64,000 bases of DNA from Callorhinchus milii (Eukaryota), in contig NW_024704742.1 of NCBI RefSeq assembly GCF_018977255.1, forward strand, positions 76,014,001 to 76,078,000. Direction: 5' to 3'. The notes beneath the pieces are model-generated. The model was given only the letters and a program-made list of their open reading frames with translations. It was not told the origin of the DNA and made no database searches. The position numbers and the translations under genes were made by a program. Position 1 is the first letter of the stretch, and every line of letters starts with the position of its first letter. Of this stretch, positions 1 to 12,420 are shown piece by piece.

Positions 1-302
1 TTTCATCCAATTCTGGCAGCTTGTTTTCCTTGTAAGTAAACAGGCCAGTGTTTTTCACAAGATTGGGCGGAAGGAAGTACAAATCTTAATGCTAGCACTC
101 TGAGAAGTATATGCCAAACGTCACTTATTTGTTACAAACTAAAAACAAGAGTCCTGTTTATATGACTTTAAAGGGATACATAAACCCCATTTAAAGAAAA
201 GGATTCATTTCAATAGCCTACTCATGAAATCTGTGAGAACTGTTCTAATCTGGGTGTTTATGTAATGTGCAAAATCTACTTTATAACACTGAAATGATTG
301 GG

Positions 303-972
303 GTAACATCGCCCGTAACATTGCCCGACTTCACCACTACCTCACCCCTCAGCTGAAACTCTTGTTCATGCCTTCATCACCTCCAGGCTCGACTATGCAA
401 ACTCCCTGCTTGTCGACCTTCCCAACTCCTCCCTCCAGGCTGCAGATAATCCAGAACTCTGCAGCGCGTGTCCTCTCCCGCACCAAACTCCGTGATCCCA
501 TCTCCCCCACTCTCGCCCGACTCCATTGGCTCCCTATCCTTCAGAGGATCCAGTTCAAGATCCTGGTCCTCACCTACAAAGCCCTCCATGGCCTCGCCCC
601 ACCCTACCTCTGAGACCTCCTACCCCCCTACCAACCCGCCCATTCCCTCCGCTCAGTCGGCTCTAGCCTGCTCTACGTCCCCTGACCCACCCGCCCCACC
701 TTTGGCAGGAGAGCCTTCAGCCACTCTGCCCCCAACCTCTGGAATTCCATCCCCCAATCATTCCACATCGCCCCCTCTTTAGCCTCCTTCAAGTCCCGCC
801 TCAAGACCCTCCTCTTCGGCCATGCCATCGGCCACCCCCCTTCCCCTCCCCTCCCTTAACCCCCCCCCTGACCCCAGCTTGGGTCTGAAATGCTGTACTC
901 TTTCCAGAACCTTGGGATGTCCTCCCGACATGAAAGGCGCTATACAAATGTAATCTTGTTGCTGTTGTTGTT
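303..972 (+). mobile_element. L2-clade LINE, 5'-truncated 3' end (decayed ORF2 C-terminus plus tail)
   Basis: Translates to LQIIQNSAARVLSRTK...LHWLPI..RIQFKILVLTYKALHGLAPPYL. Ends in ggcgctatacaaatgtaat followed by a (ttg)n tail. Confidence 0.9.
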
Positions 973-1449
973 GGGGTCCCATTTGCGCTCACATGACATT
1001 TAGCACATGAAATGAGCTGGAGGGGAAACCTTAATATGTTTTTTAATGGTGAAAGCTGTAAAGGCACGTGTGTGTGACTGATGGTCCTTCGACTCTCAGT
1101 TAGTGGGTCTGGCCTTTTAGCATTCACAAACTCAAAAGAACTGGGGATGATAATCTTCAATTGTGGTAAAATTTCAGGCTTAGAAAGCAGCCAATATCAG
1201 CTTGAAGGTGTAATTTGGTAATCTTTCCCCCGAGTCAAACCTGTAAAGCCTTCACACTTCACCTAAATTCTCAATGGAAAAACAAATGCTAACTAGATTC
1301 AGAGATCGTCAATTCGCTTTACAATATATTCTGTGAAGCATTTTGAGACGTTGCAAGAATGTAATAAGGCGCAATATGAAATGCAAGAATTATTATCTAA
1401 ATTACAGATTTCTCTTGCTGGTTATTCCTAACATTTGAGATAAAATTTC

Positions 1450-1680
1450 TGACCTGCTTACCCCCCAACCCACAACTCGGTGCCTCCGCTTGACTGGCTT
1501 CAGCCTTCTGCATGTCCCTCAGGCCCTCCGTTCCACCATTAGTGGCCGCGCTTTCAGCCACTACGCCCCCAAACTATGGAATATCCCTCCACCTTGCCCC
1601 TTCCTTCCCCATCTTCAGGTCATGCCTATTCAAGGTCACCTTCCCCTCCCCCCAGCTCAGCATTATGCTCCCCCACCGCT
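1450..1680 (+). mobile_element. L2 LINE 3' fragment
   Basis: Translates to GRAFSHYAPKLWN. Confidence 0.75.
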
Positions 1681-2637
1681 ACCATCACTGACTGTTCCAC
1701 CAAGTGCAAAGGTCCATTGCTGCCAGAAGACAGAAAGGATTCGGCAGTTGTTGCCTGAAGGTAAATCGGTTACTTTTTTATATAATCACAGTTACCTCCC
1801 AATGACAGGAGTGCTGTCACTAGCAGGCAAATAGAGTAAACTGGTTAAACATAACTCATAGTTGAAACTACCTATTTCTTGGCTGGAGAACTCCAGTTAA
1901 ATGTTTTAGAACATTTCTGACACTCCGCTTTCAATTAATTTCAATACCACAAGTCGCAGACCACTTATAAGGCTGACCTTTGTCTGGTTTGCCTGTCCTT
2001 GCGGTTTATCCTATAACTCTTAAATATTTACAAACGCTGGTCAGTGTAATCCAGGGTTGTGAAAAAGCTTCCTGAACCATTAATTTACAAAGCTCAACCG
2101 ATGGGAGCTGTGACACTGTCGCTGGTTATGAGGCTTACAGTGACACTTGCTGATCAGATACAGATCAAAGCTTTACCGATTGCTCTAAAGCCGCTGTATG
2201 AGCCATGCAATTATCCAGCTTGATCAACCTCTCACCATGAATTATGTTGCCTGCACAAATCCCTCTGACCTTAAACACAACCTTTTCCTCCTGAATATTG
2301 TTTTAGGCGAGAAAACTACAACAGGACACGGGAAGTCAGGGTCTGCAAATTCCACTGCATTTCCAGAAGCCGAGACAACGAGCATTCCCCTAACTACCAG
2401 GATTCCTTAGGGGGTAGCAGCCACTTCTTGCGAAGCACAGTTTTGCTGTGCTTGTATAAGACAGAATATCTAGAGCAGATTAGAAAGAAAAACGCTGAAT
2501 AATGGGCTTGCTGAGTTCAAAAGTGGGGAGGTGGGGGCTCCGGCTTCCAGAATCTATATTTTGCAATGAGTTGCATGCACCACACACATCATGTCACAGG
2601 CTTTGCTCTGTGCTTGAGACATAATTAAAAGGAAGTC

Positions 2638-2880
2638 AACCTGGCTCAGTTGTAGCATTCTCGTCTGTGAGGCAGAAGGTTGTGGATTCAAGCCCCACAT
2701 TGGCCCTTTGAGCTCACATATTCCAGGCTGATACTCAAAAGCAATGCATTGCATTGCTGGAGGTGCCGTCCTTGGGATAAGATGTTAAACTGAGGTTAGG
2801 TCTGAATGTTCAGGTGGACATTAAAAAGTCTATGGCACTGTTCAAAAAGAAAAGGGAGTTTCTCCCAATGCCTGACCAGC
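2638..2880 (+). mobile_element. Deu-domain SINE (family B)
   Basis: Same head and core: ggaggtgccgtcc...gatgttaaactgagg...ttcaggtggacattaaaa. Confidence 0.8.
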
Positions 2881-3239
2881 GCAGTCCACATTCCTTATGT
2901 GAAGAAATCTTTTCTGGCTTCACTGTTAAACCAGTTTAATGTTTACAATACAAAATTATATTTGTATAGTGCCTTTCACAGTATTTGATATCCCATCTAA
3001 CAAGCTAGGACTGTTAAAGTGATTTTTAATATTCCACTCTAGAGAACTAGTGTTGCCAATGTTCACTTGATTTTTTACTTTTTCGGTTTTGTGGTGGAGT
3101 GAAGTATAATACATTTCTTGGATTTGGTATAATACCTCATCAAGTCATCAATATGTCTCAAAGCGCTTCACAGTATTTGCTGTAGTGTAGCGACTGTGTA
3201 CTTGTAGGCGAGTGCAACAGCCAATCTGCCACAACAACA

Positions 3240-3552
3240 ATAATAATAATAATCCTTGCATTTGATATAGCGCTTTTCACGTCGGGAGGACGTCCCAAAG
3301 CGCTTCACAGAACACACTGTAAAGTGAATTGACTGTATATTTGTGGGCGAACGCGGCAGCCAATTGTGTACAGCAATGTCCCACAAACAGTCGTGGATTG
3401 AAAATGACCAATTTATTATTGTTTTTGTTTTTTTGGAGGGATTATTATTAGGCTCTGTGTGGAGTAAGGAAACTTGCCCAAGGTTTCGTCCTGCCTGGAA
3501 TTGAATTCAGGTCTCTCACTTGCAAAGCGAGCGCTCTAACCACTGAGCTACA
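3240..3552 (-). mobile_element. SINE family A, full length
   Basis: Near-identical to the reverse complement of 51603-51912. Confidence 0.92.
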
Positions 3553-3554
3553 AT

Positions 3555-3785
3555 AACCCACAACCAGCTATAAAGTGAATGACCAAATTTTATCTGGAGG
3601 TTTGTTGGTCAGGATGTTGGGAGAAACTCCTTTCTCTATTTAAATAGTGCTGTTGGGTTCTGATCAGATAGATGGGGCTTCTGTTTAACGTCTCACTTGA
3701 AGGGTGGCACCTCTGGCAATGCAGCGCTGCGCAAGAGTCAATCTATCTATGAGCTCAAAGTCCCAAACATGAGGCTTGAACCCAT
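3555..3785 (-). mobile_element. Deu-domain SINE (family B), interrupted by the young SINE at 3240-3552
   Basis: tttaacgtctcacttgaagggtggcacctc is the reverse complement of the Deu core. Confidence 0.7.
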
Positions 3786-4384
3786 GGGGAAACTATTTTA
3801 CTGATATGCTTGATTCACCAATGGTTTAGCCACTGGGAGGACACATTGTGGCAATGACCAACAGTGACATACACTAAGAGACTGTCTACTCCTTTACCCT
3901 GCAATCAACACTTTTAGTCTTTTTGGAGACTAATTGTGAGTTTTCATGTTACTTGCAATTGTATCTTGACCTCAGTTCATAAAAAGCATTTGCCACCCAC
4001 ATACAGATTACCCATAGACTGCAAGCTCAACATTTTTTCCCCCTGTCAGTGTAACCACAACCAACATTCAGGCACTTCGTAATGAATTAAAAACAAATTC
4101 CATTGAAATAGATTCATTTTCAATTTGTGCTAATGTCCAAGCCGGCTGCCTGAAATTTCCCTAATCGGGTGACATGACAGAGCCACTTTGCTGTCTCCAT
4201 CCTGTTAAGACAGCAGGTAAACAGCTATTGGTGTTGAAGCACACATCTTGCAGACCCAATCCCTGGGGAATGGAATTCTACCTGCTCGGTTCCTGTTCAC
4301 TCTGAAAGCTCTAACTGATAGTGTAACCCAATGTTCCTAGCGCTCTCAAGGGCAAGTTACATGGTTAACAGCATTCCAATACAC

Positions 4385-4590
4385 ACTTGGGGATTGTCCA
4401 AGCCTTGGCTCTTGCCAACCAACACCTAAACGTTGTGGGCTGCATCCCTCAAGGGAGTGAAAGCGCATTCCATTCCAGACACAGGAAAATTTACACGAGC
4501 GTGTGGAACTCTCAGCAGTTTAGCTGGGAGACTCTTAAGCATGGTAATGGGTTTCTCTATGTTTTAGATACCTGACCGACAAACAAACCA
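4385..4590 (+). repeat. Element X copy Q
   Basis: Blocks ccaagccttggctcttgccaacc, cattccattccagaca, tgtggaactctc and tcttaagcatggtaat. Confidence 0.85.
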
Positions 4591-4640
4591 ATAAATAAAT
4601 AGCCCCGTCTAATCATGCAGTTCAAACCAGTGCCCCTCAC

Positions 4641-4717
4641 CTGGTCCTTTTCTGGCTTGTCCGAGATGTCATTCATGCTTCCAGTAGCCATGCTGCGATG
4701 GGAAGAGCCAGGGCTGC
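4641..4717 (-). CDS. SLC4A4: SLC4A4-type coding exon, 77 nt: (G)SPGSSHRSMATGSMNDISDKPEKDQ
   Basis: Acceptor ccttacccccaccctcgcag|GC AGC, donor CAG|gtgagg. NDISDKPEKDQ is identical to NBCe1. Confidence 0.96.
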
Positions 4718-5944
4718 CTGCGAGGGTGGGGGTAAGGAAAACCAATGCCACCAGTTAAAACACGGCTCCCAACTCCTGGAGAATAACCTGCCAACTCAAC
4801 TTCAAAAGAGACATAGAAAGCATGCAGTTTTAAAAAGAGATTTAGTAAGGAAACAATGAAAAGAAAAGGGTTACAAATTCCGTGTTTTTATAATGCAATT
4901 TTGCCTTTTCCTCAAAGTAGTTTTAGTATGAAAGCATGGGGTATTTTTATGAAAGCAATGAAAAGAGAAAAGTTGGCCATCACCCGAGCTTGTTCAGGAA
5001 ACCAACAAACTATAATCAGAATGAACTCCCACTGACCATGTAAATTGCATTGATACTTCACTACAAGCTACGATAACACAGCTGCGTACTAAAAATTAGA
5101 GCAGTCAAAAATATATACTATATATTATATATATTAAACAGGTCATTTGCAGCAGCACCTCTCTGCCCTTGTGGTTTACACCCTCCCCATCAGTGTTTGA
5201 AAATGATCAAGCAAGAAATTGCTATTCAATCCTGCCTTAAAATCTCTCTTCAGCATTAAGGTGAACACAGATTTAGAACTGGGGCCACAAGCTAATGGTT
5301 CTTTCATTTTAATAGAGTGTACAGTATACATTTGTTTAGAACTTCAATTGGATTCAATTATGAGTGTCTTGTCCTTGGTGTTGTTTTAATGGTTGGGAAG
5401 CGATACTGTTTGCCTTAAATTTCCATTTCCCTCCCCACAGACACATAGCATTGGCTTATTTATTGCTCTTTGCAAAACACAGATGAGTTAAACTTGCCCT
5501 GGTGTAAATTAAAAGGTCAGAAAGACTGTGAAGGGTGGTGCTGTATTGTGAGTCAGATAGCTTGGTTTCTGTGCTCTGCCCAGGCTGAGATAGCCTTTCA
5601 GACACCCATATCTGTCTGCGTCCTCTCCAGAAACCCCTTCTGGAATTTGCATTTAAAGGGACAGTGCTGTCTGGGTAAAGCAACAGCAAAAGGCTTCATT
5701 ATACCAGAAGAAGGTGCGACACAATTGGTAGCACAAAGACATAATTATTTCTTCAATCTATCCACTGGAAATTTGTTCTTTTTATAGTTTGTTTTAAAGT
5801 AATGCCCCGCTCTCATTTCCACTTTCTTCCAGGTAGTGACTAGCCCTGAGTTACATTGGCTCAGGGATCTTCTGGTAGTTTATGGGACATTGGACACAAT
5901 TGTGCTGCCATGTTTGCCTAAAAATACACAATCAGTGCATTTCA

Positions 5945-6080
5945 TAGGAACATAGGAACAGGAATAGGCCATTCAGCCCATCGAACCTGTTCTGCCATTT
6001 AACTAGATCATGGCTGATTTATATCTTTACCAGAATTTCAAATCCAATTTCCCGCTTTCTTCCCGTATCCCTTAATACCC
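5945..6080 (-). mobile_element. CR1 3' tail (LINE or CR1-dependent SINE)
   Basis: ataggaacataggaacaggaataggccattcagcc...agatcatggctgat; same family as 34195 and 16215. Confidence 0.75.
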
Positions 6081-6821
6081 CGACACGGTAATTCACAGTA
6101 ATTCCTGTGATGCATTCTGAGACGTTCTTCTGATGTTGTAAGGCCCTTTACCAAATAAAACGATAATTATGATTATTATTATTTAACCCAAGTATCTAAT
6201 CCTCCTCTGTGTGAGATGAGAGCACGCAGTCTATCATAAAAATTGGCAACTCTGCATTATGGATTGGTAATGGGATTTTTACGGATTACTGCTTGATGTG
6301 TCCCAGTGGGCGTCAGTTAGTTATTAAACTGTGGGGACATCACAGGTGAGGCTGGTTCTGGGTTCACACATTTCAAGTGGGGAGGGGAGCAATCACTCGT
6401 TTGTGACTCTGATGACTCAGAAGTTTTTTTAAAAATGTTTGCCATGGTAGGAATTGTGTGTGCAATACAACCACGCAATGTATGTCCGATGCAACTGTAC
6501 TGCGTGTGGATAAGTATGCTGCTCGTGTGATGCAACAATGCTGTGTGTGTATATATACAGTAGAACTGTACGACTTGTGCATGATGGCGCCAAACTGTGC
6601 TCTCTGACTTGAAAGTGATAGAGTTTTGGAGCAAACTCTTCCTGTCTGTTCCAAGGACTGATGGTCCCCCCAAAAATGTAACCGGACCACCTTATAGTTA
6701 CAACCGGGTGTAAATTAATCCAATTGGCACTTGTCTGGTAAGACTTCTTATAACAACTATTACCTAATATTCTACCCACACCACCACCGTTGTATATTAT
6801 TATTGGCATATGTGGACTTAC

Positions 6822-6917
6822 TGAGCCATCCCATGCTTGGGCTCGGCTGGACTCGGAGTTCCTCATCTGAGCTGCGAAATGTTAGGCAAGGCACAGAGTT
6901 CTCAAGTGGACTGCAAG
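6822..6917 (-). CDS. SLC4A4: Putative 96-nt in-frame cassette exon: (A)CSPLENSVPCLTFRSSDEELRVQPSPSMGWL(S)
   Basis: Donor CTC A|gtaagt has a full intronic consensus. The acceptor aaag|CT is the first AG after a ~70-nt AG-free, pyrimidine-rich tract. Phase 1-1 fits between the 11795 and 4717 exons, with no stop codon. Confidence 0.65.
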
Positions 6918-7287
6918 CTTTTTGGAGGCCGTCAAAGCAAAGTGGAGTGTGATACAGCGGCAAGGCGAGGTGAAAGAGAAAGAAAAATCTAGCAATAGCA
7001 GGTGCATCAATTTAGAGCAAAAGGGACAGTGCTTGCAACTCAAAGATAAAAGAGAAATCAATAAGTGCAGTAGCTTGATCACTGGACTCTGTCATTAGAT
7101 TCACAGATATATGAAGTAGCCCATAAATTACCCTTCACCTCTGATCACAACGCTTATGACATTTTATCAACCAAGACCTTACACAAGTTGCGAGTCAAAT
7201 CTTTGCTTTCAGATACGAAAGCAAGCATGTATATGTATAAACTATAGGTAATTCCAAATGGCTTCAAAATATTTTAGTCATGATATG

Positions 7288-7430
7288 GGGAGAGTGTGCG
7301 CATTCCATTCCAGATACAGACAAATATTTATGTGTAGGAGGGAGGCATGCTTGGAGCTCTCAGTCTGGTTTGGGTACACTTAAGCATTGGTAATGGATTT
7401 CCACATGTGTCAGACACTCGGCTGACAAAG
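7288..7430 (+). repeat. Element X copy R (3' part only)
   Basis: Blocks gcgcattccattccaga, tggagctctc, cttaagcattggtaatgg and gctgacaaa. Confidence 0.8.
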
Positions 7431-9579
7431 AGAATCATAGATATTTATAAAACGTAATGAAAAAGATGTGTTGTTTGGTCTTGGTTAATAAGCTTAACAG
7501 CCCAAGACAAATTAAGATATAAAACTGTTGCATACCCTTAAGTTGAAGTACTTTACAACCACATATTGAAGTGATTAGGTTAATTTTGCAAACTAATTTA
7601 GTTAAGATACTGAAATACATTGATAAGGAATCTGATACACAATTTAGGGCTCCTTTGGATAATATGACAATAATCCTTGCATTTGATATAGTGCCTTATC
7701 ACGTCTTCAAGAAGTCTCAAAGCGCTTCACAGAATATACTGTAAAGTGAATTGACTATATATTTTGTGGGCGATAATGCAAGTATCTGGTGCCAACTCCA
7801 TACAGACGGAATCAGCTTCAAGAGCAGAGTTCCCATAGGCTGTAGGGATTTTGTATTAAGAAACCCAATTTAGAAATCATACATTTTAATTATTTGAAAA
7901 AAAATCGACTGTTTTTTTCCTAGATGTTATTAGATACATCTTTCCTGCAGTGAAGTACCCATCACACTAACAACTGAAGGATATGCAACATAAAACCGCA
8001 TATAAAAAAAACTGATCAATAGCATTGGAAGAGATAATCAACTTCAATAAAAGAGATTGAAAAGAGTGTGGTGTGGCAATGAGATACTGGTGTCCAATCA
8101 CTGTGAACAACCAGCAATGCGTCTTTTCATGTATGGCATTCATACCCAAACTGATTTCTAGGTGTTTGACTGGCTCTAAATGTTATCCCTCTAATCTGGA
8201 TAACAACTGCATGCTATAGTCCAGACTTGTTCAATGAATAAGCAATGTTCCACAATTTGATTACACTGAAGAGCTCACAGAAATATTAATAAGAAACTTT
8301 CTAACACTGGTGATACTTTACAATTTACTGTTGTTTGGTAGATTTCTTTTTTTTCTTTTTTAAAAAAAAGCCTGTGAAGCACTATTCAAAAATTTTCTAA
8401 TTTGGGCATAAAGCTGATGATTTGCATAATCTCCAGGGAAATGCGTTGGCTCAGCAGTAACTGTCGGGCTTCAGCACTTAGTTAAGTGACCATGAAAGGG
8501 AGTAAAGAGCAAATAGTTTAGAAGGATTGGTTCCCACCAGGTACAGTATTAACCTCAATGGGGTCAGTCGCAGTGGTATGGGTAAACCAGTACAGATGGG
8601 GAAAGCAGCTAGAGTTCAGGATGCCTGTTACCTGTTCTGAGGATTCATGCAGGCCCTTAAATGTCGAGGGTGGACAGGTTTGTACAATTATTACCCTGTG
8701 ACAGGGGCTGAGAGGGCATGGCCGCCATAGGAGGATTTAGAAGAATAACAACAAATTACATTTGTATAGAACCTTTCACGTTGGGAGGACACTGGACAAG
8801 AACAAGTCAGGGGTGGGTGAGTGGAGAAGAGACAGTAGATAAGAGAAACATTCAAGACTGGGACCAATTTCATCTTCATAAAGAATTAGGATTTATGGAA
8901 GGGAAAAGAAAAGTTTGATATGTCAGAGGAAACCATACTCTTTGAACCACAGGAAAACAGGCACCAAAAGAGGCCTTTCAGCACCCCAAGTCTGTTCCAC
9001 CAATTTATTAGATCTTTCCAGATCTTTTAATTCCTACCACAGTTTTAAGTCCACATAATGGTTTTAACTTGGGATAAGGGATTTTGCAAGTTAGAATTCC
9101 TGCCAGAAGCCCTTCCTGCACCAGGGAACTAAGTACACATATAATTGCCAATTTCCAGGGGTTGGGAGGGCATTATGCAAGGTGGCATTATTTAAGGCAC
9201 AGGAGGACATGTGCAATTTTACTTCAGTTCCTTTTGTAAATCAAAAGAAGGAACACATCAAGGAACGCAGCTCATTTTGTCTCTTATGTCTTTGAGCAAT
9301 TGAAAGAAGCACCATCATCCTCTGTGAAAGAGTATGAAGGAGATCAATGTTTAGTTACTCAGTCAGAGGGCAAACTTCAGTTAAAGAGTAAATAGGGCTG
9401 AATGATGAACAGAGGCGATCCTTACTGTAAGGAAGTAAAATGGGAGAGAAAGAAAGAATCCAGGGGAAACCTGGCATGATGATGAACTATTAATTACAGT
9501 ACAACATTGAGAAGAAACAAGACAACCATGAACTTTGGGAATATTGTTTGGAATTTTAGGTTCAAAATAGGCCTTCCCA

Positions 9580-9990
9580 AAGACTGCCTGGGGTGAAAGG
9601 CTGGGTAAATGTGAGTTATATTCCCCAGAGCCAAAAGGTTTTAGAGCTAACTAATTGAGGGGTCTAAAATAATGAGATAAATTGACAAGCTGCATTGGAG
9701 GAAGCTCTAAAGGAACTTTGTAACAATTTGATATGATCTTAAAATTAGAGCTAAAATAGTTCAAAGTGTGATGAGAAACCATTTTTTGACTCAAAGCACA
9801 GTGAAAATATGTATTGCACTATCCCAGAAGTGTTTGGGATTTTAACAGGAAGATGCATAGATATTTGGGATTTAGGCTATTTAACTGTATGAAAACCCGG
9901 ATGGGAAATGGGGTTAAAATATCGGGCATGATCTAATACATGGCAGATAGGCTCAATGTGCTGAATGACTAACTCCTGTCTTTATGCAGA
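9580..9990 (+). mobile_element. Old CR1 LINE 3' fragment
   Basis: Decayed 3' end gcagataggctcaatgtgctgaatgactaactcctgtc. Confidence 0.6.
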
Positions 9991-11794
9991 ATCAACCATT
10001 ATAATTATACAAGGGAGATTGATTTGTACTTGGAATTTAAGGCTACTAAAGAATTTTGGAAAAGATAGGAAGTTTGGATTAGAAAGGATAAAGAGGTGGA
10101 GCAGGCTCAATGCTTATTTCCTGTTCCTATGAAGGTTCCGATATTGTCCCCTGATCTGTGCTCAGTTAACTCACTTCAGCCATAATGATTGTGAGGTGCC
10201 AATATCTCCGTGTTAGGAAGTCCCTGGGGGAGAAACGGGGTAAAGCAAAGTTTACCGTCCAGGCTCACACATTAATTAAAATGAAACTTCGAATGTGTAC
10301 ATTTTTCTCATAATTTTAAACTTTCTATTCTATCCAATTCAGAGCCTCTTCGCTAAGTACATTCCTAGTTTAACATCAAAATCACACACTGAGGATCAGC
10401 CAGTCAATCACCCTTCAGTTTTAGAATTCAGAAATATAGTGACATGAGCTCTGAGAGAGTGATCCCCATGTCTTGGGTAATTTTAAAGCGCTTTGATAGT
10501 GTGCATTTAGAATGGAAAACCCATTAACTATAGGCAGCATAAACTACTGTGCATGCAAGCAGCCTTACTCTCGAACTTCAGAATAATGGGATGTCCCTTC
10601 CAGAGTGAAATTACTGAAGTCAATTATTAGTCAGTGAAGGGTGGAAGAGGGGCAAAGATTTATACTGTACAATTGTCCTGGAGCAACAGTGGTGAGGTAT
10701 TGGTTCAAAGGGTGCAGCACAGGAGTCTGACTAACAAAGCAGGGCAATGGGAATAATTGCAAGTCATGCTGTTTTAAGTTCACAGACGTATAACTTTTTG
10801 CTTTGCCTGCCATGAATTATTAACTCAAAGTAATAACCAATCTTCTTAAATTCTCCAGCGTCTATCTACTGAGGAGTGGCTTCAAATGACAGATATTTTT
10901 CATTTCAAAGCCATTTTACCATTTCAATTTTGACAGCAGCATTGTAATACACAATAGCCACCGATTAATTTCTGCTTATTGCTCTTCATGCTGATATTTT
11001 AGAAATAGGAGAACAGGATTAAAGCGCTCAATAAACTATTGACTCTCAGAGTGAAGACAGTGTATGACAAAGGCCATACAACTGAAGGGTGTTATCATAC
11101 AATGCACACTGGAGGTCAACTACAACCAATCTCTCTATAATAACTACAGACTATCAGTCTGTGCTTCTATTAACTGGAATAAATGTATGTAGACATCTTG
11201 CTGCAACATATGATCCACAAGTGGCATTTGTCGAGAATTTCTCATGTCAAAAGATCGCTTTTGCCCTGCCTATTTATTATGCTCAACATTAACGCTTATT
11301 CTCCTATCAGTATTTCCATTTCTTTTTTCTTCTCTTCCCCTTTTATGTTTCTCCAGGACCACGGACCGTTGCTGTCCCTAAGTATCTAGTTTACACCCCA
11401 TGGAATACAATGAACAATATAGGTCTCAGTTAAACAAAGTTTAACTTGAGGGACACAAACAAGTCGTGGTAACTCTTAATACTGGATTTTTGTCCTGTCT
11501 TCTCCCACTATCCATTCTCTCTAAATACTATTTCTGGCAATGTTGTGGGGATGGCGGTGAATGGTTAAGTGACTGAGCAATATGTAAACACTTAGACTGG
11601 AACCTGCAGGGAGATAATTTGTTAATCTAACACTTGTGCTGTTAAGTATTAGACTGAAGTTTTGACAGTAGAAGATTTCATCCCATGGTAGGAGATCATA
11701 CATGGAGTTAATGAGAGGACATTAGTAATGTGATGTGCCAAGATGTAGATGGGAGGAGAAAGAGGTGACTGCAGCAAATTGGCACCTGCATTAC

Positions 11795-11821
11795 CATTAT
11801 CTGAGGTGGAAAACAGCCTAC
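11795..11821 (-). other. SLC4A4: 27-nt (9-codon) alternatively spliced segment equivalent to NBCe1 cassette I, defined by an internal 5' splice site
   Basis: Internal donor GCA A|gtaggc with GT at 11821-11820, exactly 27 nt upstream of the main donor and in the same phase (1). Confidence 0.65.
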
Positions 11822-11974
11822 TTGCACTGGATACCGTCTTTCCGATCTCAGCCAGTGACCGTAGGTTAGATTTCTTAGTCTGGTGCCGATGCCTTCGTAA
11901 GAGAGTATACATCACTTTCTCCTTTAGGTCTGGTTTCAGAAGACCACTTTTAATCTGACTCTCAATGATCATCT
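11795..11974 (-). CDS. SLC4A4: SLC4A4-type coding exon, 180 nt: (E)[59 protein letters not shown](G)
   Basis: Acceptor tttgtttgtgttaacag|AG ATG, donor AAT G|gtaatg. [24 protein letters not shown] is diagnostic of NBCe1. Confidence 0.97.
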
Positions 11975-12259
11975 CTGTTAACACAAACAAAGAGAAAGTG
12001 TCAATATCCTTTTTAGGAAAAAAAAATCATGTTTGATTTCAGTGGAGTTAAAGCATTTGCATTAAGCACCAGCTAAAATTTTACAACTGACTCTTTATTA
12101 TACACCAGATAGAAACATAACATTTCTTCACTAATCCTCTGACCAGTTCCACCCCTCCACCACAACCCCTCCATCCACCACCCTCCCCCACCCCCAGACC
12201 ACCCACCCCGCACCCAGGCAGCACATCAGTACAAAATGTATCCACATGACCGAACGCAC

Positions 12260-12420
12260 CTATAACCAGAGGGAGAGTAGAAGCTTCCAAGTCCAGCAAA
12301 ACTGTTCCCTTCTCTATACACGTTCGAAGTTCAAATAAACTGTGCAATGATAGTGTGGCCACATGAGGCTTACTCCATCTCTCCCCGCCCTCTTCAACCT
12401 TCTCCTCAAATTTGATCCAT
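12260..12420 (-). CDS. SLC4A4: SLC4A4-type coding exon, 161 nt: [53 protein letters not shown]
   Basis: Acceptor ctctgtttttcccactag|A TGG ATC, donor ATA G|gtgcgt. Carries the SLC4 family [14 protein letters not shown] motif; phases fit both neighbours. Confidence 0.97.

Noticed and set aside
1..4640. Search for the next exon (LKNKFMKK...)
   Set aside because: No matching translation was found; it is probably left of position 1.
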